DNA of 55,749 nucleotides, filler included, from Catajapyx aquilonaris (taxonomy: Eukaryota), in NCBI GenBank assembly GCA_000934665.2. It is 3 parts of 3 records of this genome, joined end to end, with 100 filler letters (N's around TTAATTAATTAA, not from the genome) between each part and the next. Parts side by side here need not be neighbours in the genome. Positions count along the whole stretch, not along the records: positions 1 to 18,080 come from JYFJ02006771.1; 2 more parts are not named here. The stretch is one strand, 5' to 3'. Positions 1 through 11,157 of this stretch are shown here, one piece after another. The translations under genes and the position numbers were made by a program. A model generated the notes under the pieces. It had not been told where the DNA came from. It made no database searches and was given only the letters and a program-made list of their open reading frames with translations. Each line of letters begins with the position of its first letter. Within the stretch, counting starts at the first letter, position 1.

Positions 1-701
1 TTGACTACTCCACTCTATCGTGTTGGCATCACTGCTCTGTTGGCACTTCTTGGACGTGCCCGCCATATTTGAATCTTCTCCGGGATTTTCGATCAGAAAC
101 GTGTGGTGCGTGGGCGGATTTTGAGCGGGCGGCGTTTTCGATGGGTGGGGGTGGTGGGTTTCGGCAGGGTTTCGGGGGGGTTGGACCAGCAGCAGCAGGT
201 GCGCGCAGGCTCCTACTAGTCCCATGCTATACATTGTGTGTGTCCCTCTCTCTCTCTCTCTCCCCTTCTAACAGTTGCTCATCTCACCCAGAGCCGCCAT
301 CACAAAAAGCTGAATAAGAAGGTGAGATTTCCCCCCTCCCTAATTCGTATCCAATCCCTGGATATTATTCGCACAATTTTATTTCGCAAAAGTCCCGCCC
401 TCCTGGTGGGGTTGACTCATCCGATTTTTTTTTTCCTCCACTCCCCCACCCTGTTCCTCCCCCGCACATATTTTGGCAACGGATCGAAACCCTAGGATTT
501 TCCCCATTGCACTTGACCGGAAATGGCCTGCACACGCTGCTCTGCTATTGATCCGGTTGCCAAAACCGGGCATGCAAAAAAAAATGTGCAAAAAACCTCA
601 GGTTGGCCAAATCAGGGCGTCAAAAATTGTTAACAATTTACAGATATGCATGCAAAAAAAGTGCGCGAAGTATTCGCACAATTTTTGCGATTGCAAAATT
701 T

Positions 702-708
702 AAAAAAA
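702..708 (-). terminator. RNA polymerase III oligo-T terminator of tRNA-Leu
   Basis: T7 run on the minus strand, 6 nt downstream of the tRNA 3' end. Confidence 0.8.
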
Positions 709-714
709 GTGTAT

Positions 715-798
715 TGTCAGAAGTGGGATTCGAACCCACGCCCGGAGAACCGGACTGCGACCTGAACGCAGCGCCTTAGACCGCTCGGCCATCCTGAC
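715..798 (-). tRNA. tRNA-Leu (anticodon CAG)
   Basis: The reverse complement reads GTCAGGATGGCCGAGCGGTCTAAGGCGCTGCGTTCAGGTCGCAGTCCGGTTCTCCGGGCGTGGGTTCGAATCCCACTTCTGACA. It has A and B boxes, a long variable arm and a CAG anticodon, close to canonical metazoan tRNA-Leu-CAG. Confidence 0.97.
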
Positions 799-1579
799 TC
801 GGTTGGAAATTGCTCCTTCCGAACGAGCCTTATAAACACGAGGGGGGCGTGGCCTCTCATCACTCCGCCCCTCCCTTTTTACATGACGTCATCGTTCGGA
901 TATTGCTAGACTATAAGGCGGGCGATTCAAATCAATCCGGATGGGGCATGTTATGTAATACGGATTATCCGGATGATGAGGGGGTCGTTGACCGGGGGGC
1001 GCAAGAAAGATGCTGGGGTGTTTTGGTGGGGAAACCCGGAACACTCCCATTCGACTCATGCGCTCTCAGCAGGGAGAATGGGGGGCCGCCGGATTCTGCG
1101 CCGATTCCGATAGATATACGGGCTGCCCGGCCGGTTCGGATAGTTTAGTTTATTGCCTGCAGGCAACCGAGGAGGATGGCAGACGATTTTCAGGGTAGGT
1201 CAAAGTTCAGTCTATAGTTCGGGTACGTACCGCGGATTCTATATTTTTCTCTATATGGCAGTGTAGCATGCTGTTGCGACCTAACAAGGCCAATCAATCA
1301 TCGATTGTCCGAATGCTAGTTGCTGGGAGGGATATGGAAATGTATCTGCTAAAAATAAGATTGCACGCCATTATATGCCAGCTTATATTATGTGGGTGAT
1401 ACAGCTTGCGACACTACCATCTCCAGTGCGCGATCTGAAATTTGTATGGACGCCTAAAAATTACATGAAAATGAGCCAGGGAGTATTTACGAGCGTACTT
1501 TGTTATAGGCACACACCAAACTCATATGTGCTGCACAAAATAGATCGCGTATGATGTCAATATATATATAGTGTATAGG

Positions 1580-1780
1580 AATTTTTGTTGACATTCTAAG
1601 TAGTCCACCGCGGGCATGAACATTGACAAGCACTGACATGATCAATATGCAATTGCTGCAGGTTGGTATTCCTGTGCTGAATGCCCCCAAAATAACAAGA
1701 CTTCATTACTTTCGATGATGTGTAATGGCCCGGGTGGAAGGATGTCAATGGGCTACTTCTAGAGAATGTCAACAAAATTT
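1580..1780. repeat. Degenerate inverted repeat (old MITE-like)
   Basis: AATTTTTGTTGACATTCTAAGTAGTCCA near 1580 pairs imperfectly with TGGGCTACTTCTAGAGAATGTCAACAAAATTT near 1750-1780. Confidence 0.4.
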
Positions 1781-3049
1781 ATTATTGCGCTGAAATTGTG
1801 TAAAAAAATTATTATTTTGTTCATAATTAATAACCAGCTAGTGCTTCGTTCGCATTTTATTATTATCAGAGTTTCCGGTCCGTTAGTTGTGATTGATTGC
1901 ATGTTTAATTTGCATTGAATGTCATGAACACTATTTTATTTTCAGCTTGCAACTATATTCGTCATGTTTTGTGCTCAATTGCGATTAACCTCCCCCTGTA
2001 ATAACTCGAGTGATTACACTCCGCGGTAACTACTCTGCAGGCTCATGCACTTCTCTGTACACACATCCACAAACCGCCCGGGATTGCCCCCATTAACACA
2101 CCGAATTAATACATTTCGACACTCGGTACTTGTGTGGACTGTACTCGACCCCGTAATGCATCGGACCCGCACTATTTATTAATGCAAATGGTATATATTT
2201 ATCTTCAATCTGACCAGATCACAACCTCTCGCTCTTACCATTAAAGTGCTTCAAAAATTCAGTCGTTTATGTGGTCAGAACCTGGTGGAAACCACACAAA
2301 AATGTAAGCAGCACATGATGTATGTAGTCAAGCATGATGAACAAACATGCGTGCTGTGTACTGTACATTGCAAAAATGCGTGTATACAGTACTCCAGAAG
2401 TATAAAGGTAGCACAATTTAGCCTCAATGACAGGCGATCCTCACGAGGAATAATGTAGCAGACATGAAGCTCAAATTAGCCTCCTGATGAGGAAGATCGG
2501 CCGGTCTCTGAGGCTAATTTGAGATACTATAATTGCATATTTGAGCTCATGCCTATAGTCGCTTTTTCTTCAACGACCCACGATGCGACATCCAGACCAG
2601 TCATTGGTAATATGAGGGAAAGGGCGTGTAGTTGTGTCCGTTCGTCGTTACACAACACTGTAGTAGGCGCCTCTGAAGAAAGATTCGATTTTCGGTAAAA
2701 ATGACGTCACCATTTTGTGGGAGGAGATGCTGCTCCCGAGGTGTAATCGGCATGCCCTATAGGAACAAGAACCTCGGAGGGGCAACGTTGCATGAATAAT
2801 TGATAGCCTTCCATATTCCCCGGTCGACGTCACGGATGCCGCTCCCAGCAGCATCCCAAAAAGATGAAAAGGTCGCACAGCCATTTATTACTAGGCGCCA
2901 GTTTGTCTTCAGCTATATTAATATGGAGTGTACAGAGACTTCCAAAGGAGTAATTTAGCGGACCCTGAAGCTCCATAAGAGAGGCACGAGTGCGCACCCA
3001 CAATCGCGCAGCACTCTGCTGCGCGGACTGTGGTGCGCACTCTGTCGTG

Positions 3050-3725
3050 AGGAATTGCGCCTCTCTTAGAGGCTACTTTGAGCAGCATGTCTGCTACTTT
3101 ACTACTGTAAGTGAGGCCTCTCTTAGAGGCTATTTTGAGCTTCAGGTCTGCTACCTTACTCCTGTAAGTGAGGCCTCTCTTAGAGGCTATTTTGAGTTTC
3201 TGGTCTGCTACCTTACCACTGTAAGTGAGGCCTCTCTTAGAGGCTATTTTGAGCTTCATGTCTGCTACCTTACTCCTGTAAGTGAGGTCTCTCTTAGAGG
3301 CTATTTTGGGCTTCAGGTCTGCTACCTTACTACTGTAAGTGAGGCCTCTCTTAGAGGCTATTTTGAGCTTCATGTCTGCTACCTTACTCCTGTAAGTGAG
3401 GCCTCTGTAAGAGGCTATTTTGAGTTTCTGGTCTGCTACCTTACTCCTGTAAGTGAGGCCTCTGTAAGAGGCTATTTTGAGTTTCTGGTCTGCTACCATA
3501 CTCTTTTAAGTGCGACTTCTTGGAGGCTATTCTGAGCTTCAGGTCTGCTACCTTACTCCTGCAAGGGAAGCCTCTCTTAGAGGCTATTTTGAGCTGCATG
3601 TCTGCTACCTTACCACTGTAAGTGAGGCCTCTCTTAGAGGCTATTATGAGCTTCAGGTCTGCTACCTTACTCCTTCAATAGTTCATTGGAGACTATTTTG
3701 CGCTTCAGGTCTGCTACCTTACTGT
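3050..3725. repeat. 57-bp tandem minisatellite, about 12 copies
   Basis: Unit CTCTCTTAGAGGCTATTTTGAGCTTCAGGTCTGCTACCTTACTCCTGTAAGTGAGGC recurs at 3061, 3118, 3175 and onward. It explains the 19-aa periodic ORFs on both strands. Confidence 0.95.
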
Positions 3726-3755
3726 CCTGAAAGTGACTGTCTTTGCATATTACAG

Positions 3756-4182
3756 TGGATGAAGATGAAGGAGATGGCGGTATTCCTGGAGGAGCCGCCG
3801 GTCTCTGGAGACTGACTAGGACCAGGATATACCAACAGGGAGCCACGCTTGTTGCACGTCTTGCACCTCAGGTACTACATCCCATGACACTTCCATCGCC
3901 TTTTGCTTTATTTCTGTATACATCCCTACAAAATTTTTGTTACAGGGCAACACCACCACGGGGACCAACACCAACAGCAATAAGATGGCACCTCCAGTGG
4001 AGACCGGTTGGCGTGTCGGATCGTGGCGAATCCCATCTGACCAACTGCCCATCGTGGTGGGCATCACCTCTGGAGCTGTCCTTCTCCTGGTCTTCCTCCT
4101 GTTGGCCCTGGCATGGAGATGCTGCCAGACAGCCAGGAGGAGACACAAAGCATATCGTAAGTTCAATGGAGTATCGATTTGG

Positions 4183-4215
<33 letters not shown>

Positions 4216-5935
4216 ATCATCATATACACCCACTTTCATTATCTGCATATTCGTTCCCTTCTAGGGNAGTACTACATTCAGAAAGTAATGGAAATCAATG
4301 AGCCACCTTACACGGCAATTTCAACGCCTGTTTTGGGAAGTTACAAGGCAGCATATTAATCGCTTCAAAAGCGATTCAACGGAGCGAGGCATCTCAATGC
4401 GGTTTGAATGTAGACGCGCGCCTTATCACAAGTTGCATGACGTCAATAAAGCGCTCTACTTTGCTACGCTCCATCCTGAAGCGCTTTAACCGGATTTAAA
4501 TGTTGCGATATGACTTTTTCCATGTTGAAGCCACAACGCGGCGGTGTTCCTGATACCAAAGGCTGGTCAGTGGGCGTACAGCAGTCGTCTGGTGGTGGGG
4601 GCTGCAGGGGCGGCCCCGGGTGTGGGCGAAGATGGAGCTCAAGGGCAGATGAGGCCCCAGCACCACCTGCCTCACTGCCACCTGTATCCGCAGCAGATGG
4701 AGACGGATGAGCAGCACAAGGACGATGATGAGGAGGACGAAGAAGAAGATGAGGAAGAAGAATGCGGACAAGACGAAGAGCTGGAAGTTGGTGGTGAAGA
4801 GGAGGACGACCAAGCTGACCAGCAAGGGAAGAACAAGAAGAAGGTAAAGAAGAAGAGGAGGAGGCGCAGCAGCAGCCACATGAACCACCACCAGCACCTC
4901 CACAGGGCCATCCAGTTCGGCCCCTGCGACATATCCGTGTCACCAAGCAGCTGGCTGGTCGGCTGCCCCGAGGCCGTGGTCGCCCCGGGGCCGTCCACCA
5001 TGATGGGGGCCGCCCCTGCCCCTCCTTGCCCCGACGGGAACCACTACCCCCAGCCTGGTGGTGTGCCCCTAGGACTAGTGCCCATGGGGCTTCTGGGGCT
5101 GCCCGTGGGCCTCGAGGACATTCCGGAAGGTGCCAACCAATACGCTTCAAGCAGTGGTAAGAATAACAGGGTGTTTCATAATACAGCTCACATCGGTCAA
5201 AATGTCGCTGACACATAGGTGGGGAAGTGAGGAGGGAGCGATGTTGTCCCTCCGAACGACAGATATCAAATGGATAGTTCCCCCTCCCACCCACCAGAGG
5301 CGCTGCCTACACTATATTACGCATGCGCAGGCTTGTGGCCAATCACATTGACAACATGAGGCGAACCAATCAGAAGGCAACAACGATATTAATCGCGGCT
5401 ACCTAACGTCCTAACCCACTTTCAGACTACCGAGAGTGCTGAAACTTGTTAATTACCGTAATTATAATTAGCTGCAGATAATATTGTCTGGTCCCTGTGT
5501 GATTCTCCAGCAGTTCTGGAGCAGTCGTCCGGCGTTGACGGCGCGGATGGCGAAGGAGGAGTGAACGGAGGGGGCGTGGCTTCAGAAGCGTCTGATCCGT
5601 CAAGCAGCGCTATGCGCACGCGCAGTCTCCCAGCGTGGCTGCGTTCCCGACGCCAACAGCAGCGTCCGCTCAGCTCGGAGGACGACCTGAGCCAACTGTA
5701 CGCCAAGGTGAGCCTCAGCAAGCGTCGGAAGAACCGCATGAGAAGCGACGCCGCAGCCCTGATCGCCCTCAGCAAATCGCGTTCACATCACCATCTCCTG
5801 GCCCAGCTGCCCTTGCCCTTGCCCTTGCCTTTGCCCTTCCCATTCCCGCCCTCGTTCCCATCCTGCGCCAACGACACCGACGGACTCGTAGCCAACGAGG
5901 CCGTCATTGTCTACGACGAGCGCACCGCTCTCTAA
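3756..5935 (+). CDS. Uncharacterised single-pass membrane protein with acidic/basic cytoplasmic tail and C-terminal PDZ-binding motif (5'-partial)
   Basis: Phase-consistent exons: 3756-3871, 3946-4156 (TM helix IVVGITSGAVLLLVFLLLALAW followed by RCC), micro-exon 4265-4284, 4562-5156, and 5511 (or 5514)-5935 ending LYAKVSLSKRRKNRMR...VIVYDERTAL*. Start exon not identified. Confidence 0.7.
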
Positions 5936-6139
5936 ATGTATACTGTCATGTGATGCGGTTCACACTGTTTCAGAACCAACCGGTACCAATCATAATATGC
6001 TATATCGTGTACTGTTCGTAAAATATTTACTACGTCTTTTACAGGTATTATATACGTGAATACAGCGCTGGGTCGCACAATTAAAAAAAAAAGGCCTTAA
6101 TGGTTTTGCACTCATCGTAAACCCCCGTCTTTTATTCAA

Positions 6140-6960
6140 TCGGCAGGTTCACACGGCGGTCGTTGTCAGCAGTCATTGTCAGGTTCACACGAAGGTCGTT
6201 GTCGCTGGTTGTGTAAACGAGTATTTTATTCCACTATCAGTGATTGGCAGGTTCACACTGCAGTGGTTGTCGGCAGTCCTTGTCGTTGGTCGTTTCAACC
6301 CGTCTTTTATATGCCACTACTTCCTTCAGGTTCACACGGCAGTCCTTGTCGTTGAATGTGTAAACCAGTCTTTTATTCCACTACTTTTATAGGTTCACAC
6401 TGCAGTCGTTGTCGGCAGACCTTGTCGTTGGTCATTGCAACCCCGTCTTTTATATGCCACTACTTCCTTCAGGTTCACACGGCAGTCCTTGTCGTTGTGA
6501 ATGTGTAAACCACTCTTTTACTCCACTATACTTTTATAGGTTCACACTGCAGTCGTTGTCGGCAGTCCTTGTTGTTGGTCGTTTATTCAACCCGTCTTTT
6601 ATGCCACTACTTCTTCAGGTTCACACTGCAGTCGTTGTCGGCAGTCCTTTGTCGTTGGTCGTTTATTCAACCCGTGTTTTATGCCACTACTTCTTCAGGT
6701 TCACACGGCAGTCCTTGTCGTTGGGTGTTTAAACCAGTCTTTTTTATTCAACTACCAGTTGGCAGGTTCACACTACAGTCGTTGGTCTGCAGTCGTTGTC
6801 GTTGGTTGTGTAAGCCAGCCTTTTTATTCCACTCCCACTTGGCAGTTCACACTTGTCTGCAGTCCTTGTCGTTGGGGCTAACCCGCTCTCATATTTCATC
6901 AACAGGCAGGTTCACACGACGGTCGTTGTCGTCGGCAGTCCTTGTCGTTGGGTTTCAGCT
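6140..6960. repeat. Degenerate tandem satellite (about 60-80 bp units, about 12 copies)
   Basis: GGTTCACAC(T/G)GCAGTC(G/C)TTGTCG...TTTTAT...CCACTAC recurs as alternating longer and shorter units. Confidence 0.85.
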
Positions 6961-7309
6961 CGTTTCAAACGTCCCGCTCACAGTTAGTTCCTCAACTGGC
7001 CGCTAGATGCCTGCTGCTTCATAAATTGGCCGCCAGATGTCTCCCCAATTGCTCCCCTCAAGAGAAAAAAAAAAAGAAAAAAAGAAAAAATTTAGAACAG
7101 TTTGGCAAAAGAAAGATGTCCGCCGAGCTGTGCCCAAATCCGAGCTCGAAATTCCGTTCCGAATTCGAACCCGTCTCTCTTCCTCCTCGTTGGATTGGGG
7201 CGGCCGCACTGGTCCGCCTCCGACCCTTCAACTGATCCCGTCCACCAAGAGGGGGGTGCTGGGAAGCCTGAGCGCGCCCAGGGGCGGTCGGCCCCGGGGC
7301 CACCACATC

Positions 7310-9292
7310 ATGGGGGAGATCCTGGACGTGGCCACGGCGGCAGAGGGACGACCACCTTCCCCTGCCCGCCTCTCACACACCTCAGAGAAGCATCCCAGGT
7401 AAAGACTCATCGCACTACACCCCAGTACTTGTACTAACAACGGGTACTATCCACAGAGCAATGCTGGCTGAGATTAATGTGCTGCGGAAACACCGGGAGC
7501 TATGCGACGTCGTGCTGAACGTGGGAGCCCGGAAGATATTCGCACACAGGGTCGTACTCTCAGCGTGTTCGCCCTACTTCCGTGCCATGTTCACCGGCGA
7601 ACTAGCCGAGTCCCGCCAGACCGAAGTGACCATACGGGACATTGACGACCTAGCGATGGAGCTCCTGGTCGACTTCTGCTACACCTCGCACGTGGCCGTC
7701 GACGAATCAAATGTCCAAACGCTGCTGCCGGCCGCTTGTCTCCTGCAACTAGCGGAGATACAGGATAAATGCTGCGAGTTTCTAAAGCGGCAGTTGGATC
7801 CGTCCAATTGCCTCGGGATCAGAGCGTTTGCGGACACCCACTCATGCCGGGAGCTGCTAAGGATTGCGGACATGTTCACGCAGCATAACTTCCAAGAGGT
7901 GATGGAAAGCGAGGAGTTTCTGCTCCTTCCGGTCAACCAGCTGGTGGACATAATATCATCGGACGAGCTGAACGTCCGCTCGGAGGAACAGGTACTGTCG
8001 CATCCTCCTGTACATTTGGGCAGATATAACACGTGTACATTTTGGCAGGTGTTTGGCGCTGTGATGGCCTGGTTGAAGTTTAATGTGTCCGAGCGTCGCC
8101 AGCATCTAGCGCAGGTCCTGCAGCATGTTCGTTTGCCGCTGATGAACCCCAAGTTCCTGGTCGGTACAGTCGGAGCTGACTTGCTTATCAAGAGCGATGA
8201 GGCTTGTCGCGATTTGGTGGACGAAGCGAAGAACTACCTGCTGCTTCCGCAAGAGCGTCCGCTGATGCAGGGGCCACGTACAAGACCACGCAAGCCTATC
8301 AGACGCGGCGAAGTCCTGTATGCTGTGGGCGGGTGGTGCTCCGGTGATGCAATTGCGTCGGTTGAGCGGTACGATCCGCAAACTGGCGAATGGAAGATGG
8401 TTGCACCCATGTCCAAAAGGCGGTGTGGGGTCGGAGTCGCCGTACTGAACGACCTGTTGTATGCAGTCGGAGGTCATGACGGCCAGTCGTACCTTAATAG
8501 CATAGAGCGGTACGACCCACAGACTAACCAGTGGTCATCCGATGTGACGCCAACGACATCGTGTCGTACCTCGGTCGGGGTGGCGGTCCTGGAAGGGTTT
8601 CTGTATGCAGTCGGAGGTCAAGATGGGGTTCAGTGCTTGAACCAGGTCGAGAGGTACGACCCGAAGGATAACAAGTGGGCAAAGGTCGCACCCATGACGA
8701 CCAGACGACTCGGGGTTGCTGTGGCTGTACTTGGCGGATTTCTCTATGCAATCGGGGGGTCGGACGGCCAGTGTCCGCTTAATACCGGTACGTTAATCCC
8801 ATTTTCTAGTACGCCCGATCTAACCTGTATTGTTGCAGTTGAACGGTACGATCCGCGCCAGAACAAATGGACGCTGGTGGCCCCGATGTCGACAAGGCGG
8901 AAGCATCTAGGCTGCTCCGTCTACAATAATATGATCTATGCAGTAGGTGGCAGGGACGATTGTATGGAGCTGTCCAGCGCAGAGAGGTACAATCCAAACG
9001 CCAATTGTTGGAGCCCAATTGTTGCGATGAACTCGCGCAGATCTGGGGTGAGTTTGCGATTGTTGCGGCTTGTATCGGGTGTAACGCTGTACCGTTGCAG
9101 GTTGGATTGGCGGTGGTGAACGGCCAGTTGTACGCGGTGGGGGGATTCGATGGAACTACGTACCTCAAGACGATTGAGGTGTACGACCCAGAGACTAATC
9201 AGTGGCGACCGTGTGGGTCCATGAACTACAGGCGTCTGGGTGGAGGGGTCGGGGTCATGAAGATGCCCCCGACGGAGCCAAGCTTCTGGTGA
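7310..9292 (+). CDS. dbo: Kelch-like protein diablo (KLHL20 ortholog); BTB-BACK-Kelch Cullin3 adaptor
   Basis: Exons 7310-7398, 7457-7991, 8049-8787, 8839-9047, 9101-9292, with GT-AG introns of 58, 57, 51 and 53 nt. Contains [14 protein letters not shown], a BTB domain (LCDVVLNVG...[13 protein letters not shown]), [11 protein letters not shown] and six kelch repeats typical of diablo/KLHL20. Confidence 0.96.
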
Positions 9293-10099
9293 TTTGATGG
9301 CTAATAAGCTGCCCTATTTATGACTCACCAGTATATTGTTATTAATTATTGCAAATTAATTATGTACAACCCCTCCCTCAAACTCATCACTATTCCGGTG
9401 TGGTCGCGATCTCATTTGTTTTTTTTTTTCCATCATTTCGTGGGTTCTTACCATAGCCTCTTTACACATTTTCATTTATTTCGTTGTGTGCATGTGTGCG
9501 TACGTGTGTGTGTGTTGTATTTTCATTTAATGTACAGTTGAATCTTATTTCTTGTGTGCCGGTGGGCTATGTTATACAAAGAGCACAAATAAACCAAACT
9601 TGCTTTTAGCAGCCGTCAAGTGTCAGTCACTCGAACTTCGCGAGCAGTGACTGCTGCCAGATTGAGACCGCGAGCGATGTTACACGTACATACATCTCAC
9701 TATTTGCATATGCACCAAATAAATCCTCCTTCAAATAATATGCTTGAACCTTTTCCAGGCCCTCATGGCTAAGTTAGTCAATAAAATAGTGAAACTTACA
9801 TGACCAATCAATGAAATAATAGTTGAATGGAACATAACAGTTATGGAGAGTACATAATAGTTGAATGAAATATAAAATAATGAAGGTCATAAAACAGTAG
9901 GTAAATGCAACGTAATTCTTCATATGATAGCAAACCAAAATATACTGTTCTTGCTACACAAATAGTAAACGTTAAATAAACATCGTAATCAAACATAATA
10001 GTCAAATAATAACAATAGTTAAAAGAAATGTAATAGTTATAAATAAATATTTTAATAACTCTAACGGTAAATTGATAGGTAGTTATTAAGTTATTACCA

Positions 10100-10440
10100 A
10101 ATAGCTATAAATTAGCAGCTATTAATAGCCATTGCCAATAACTAAATTAGCAGCTATTAATAGCCATTGCCAATAACTAAATTAGCAGCTATTAATAGCC
10201 ATTACCAATAACTAAATTAGCAGCTATTAAAAGTCACTACCAATACCTGTAAATTAGCTATTAATAGCCATTACCAATAACTAAATTAGCAGCTATTAAA
10301 AGTCACTACCAATACCTGTAAATTAGCTATTAATAGCCATTACCAATAGCTATACATTAGTAGCTATTAATAGCCATTACCAACAGCTATAAGTTAGCAG
10401 CTATTAATAGCCATTACCAAATAGCTATAAATTAGTAGCT
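10100..10440. repeat. 35-bp AT-rich tandem minisatellite, about 9-10 copies
   Basis: Unit ACTAAATTAGCAGCTATTAATAGCCATT(G/A)CCAATA at 10141, 10176 and onward, with variant units. Confidence 0.9.
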
Positions 10441-11157
10441 ATATTAATTTAATAATTAGCTACCTATCAATTTGCCGAACTATTAATTTATAGCTAACTG
10501 CCGGTACCTATATATATAGGCAAATTAATACTTTTCGTAGATGAACAGTTATATCATGTTACATCGCAATTAGTTGTAACCGGTTGTAACAGTTTAAAAT
10601 GATTAGTTATATAGATGAGTTATTAGATGAAATGAAGCAGTTATAAATAATAAATAAATATGCTCGTTTAATAGTTGATAAGGTGTCATCAAGGCTGTTT
10701 GTCCCTCATCCATTTGAGTGTGATATTATGGTGTATGGAAATGAAAGTGCAGATGCCGATGTGTTTATTGCATGTAATATATTAGACTGTGCGACGACAC
10801 TTGTGACATTGAGTCACTATAATGATAGGCGACTTTCACCTGCTTTCCCGATGACGTCACCCGGAATCGACCAGGTGGGCGTGACGTATCCTTTTTAATC
10901 AGATACGGTACCGTATCCTGGTGTTCGGGTGGACCTGGCAACCCTGCCTGAACCACCACGTGACCTCCCTCCTGGCTCCTGATTGGTCACCCCTCTTCTG
11001 TTCTCCTCCTGGCTGGCCCCTCCCCTTTTCGAAGGGAAAAGAGTAATGGCGATCGAGCTGTAGTGGACTTGGCCTCTTCCCTCTCTCGCGGCTCTCCAGC
11101 AGACCTTTCTCTCTGTCTCCATTTCCCCAACACCAACCAACCAACCAGCTGTGAACA

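Noticed and set aside
1..321. Minus-strand gene start (ATG at 66, MAGTSKKCQQ...) or plus-strand exon 275-321
   Set aside because: Both have plausible signals but no recognisable homology, and the 275-321 exon phase does not match the next identified exon. Left unresolved.
3050..3725. Possible CRISPR array or repeat-protein gene
   Set aside because: Units are contiguous with no unique spacers, there are no cas genes and the context is eukaryotic. The periodic ORFs follow from the 57-bp unit.
4464..5294. Long antisense ORFs over GC-rich exons (also over diablo, UBAC1 and the IR)
   Set aside because: These are shadow ORFs of the coding strand, with no independent signals or homology.
6140..6960. 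Possible CRISPR-like repeat-spacer array
   Set aside because: Intervening segments are related to each other, so this is a degenerate satellite.
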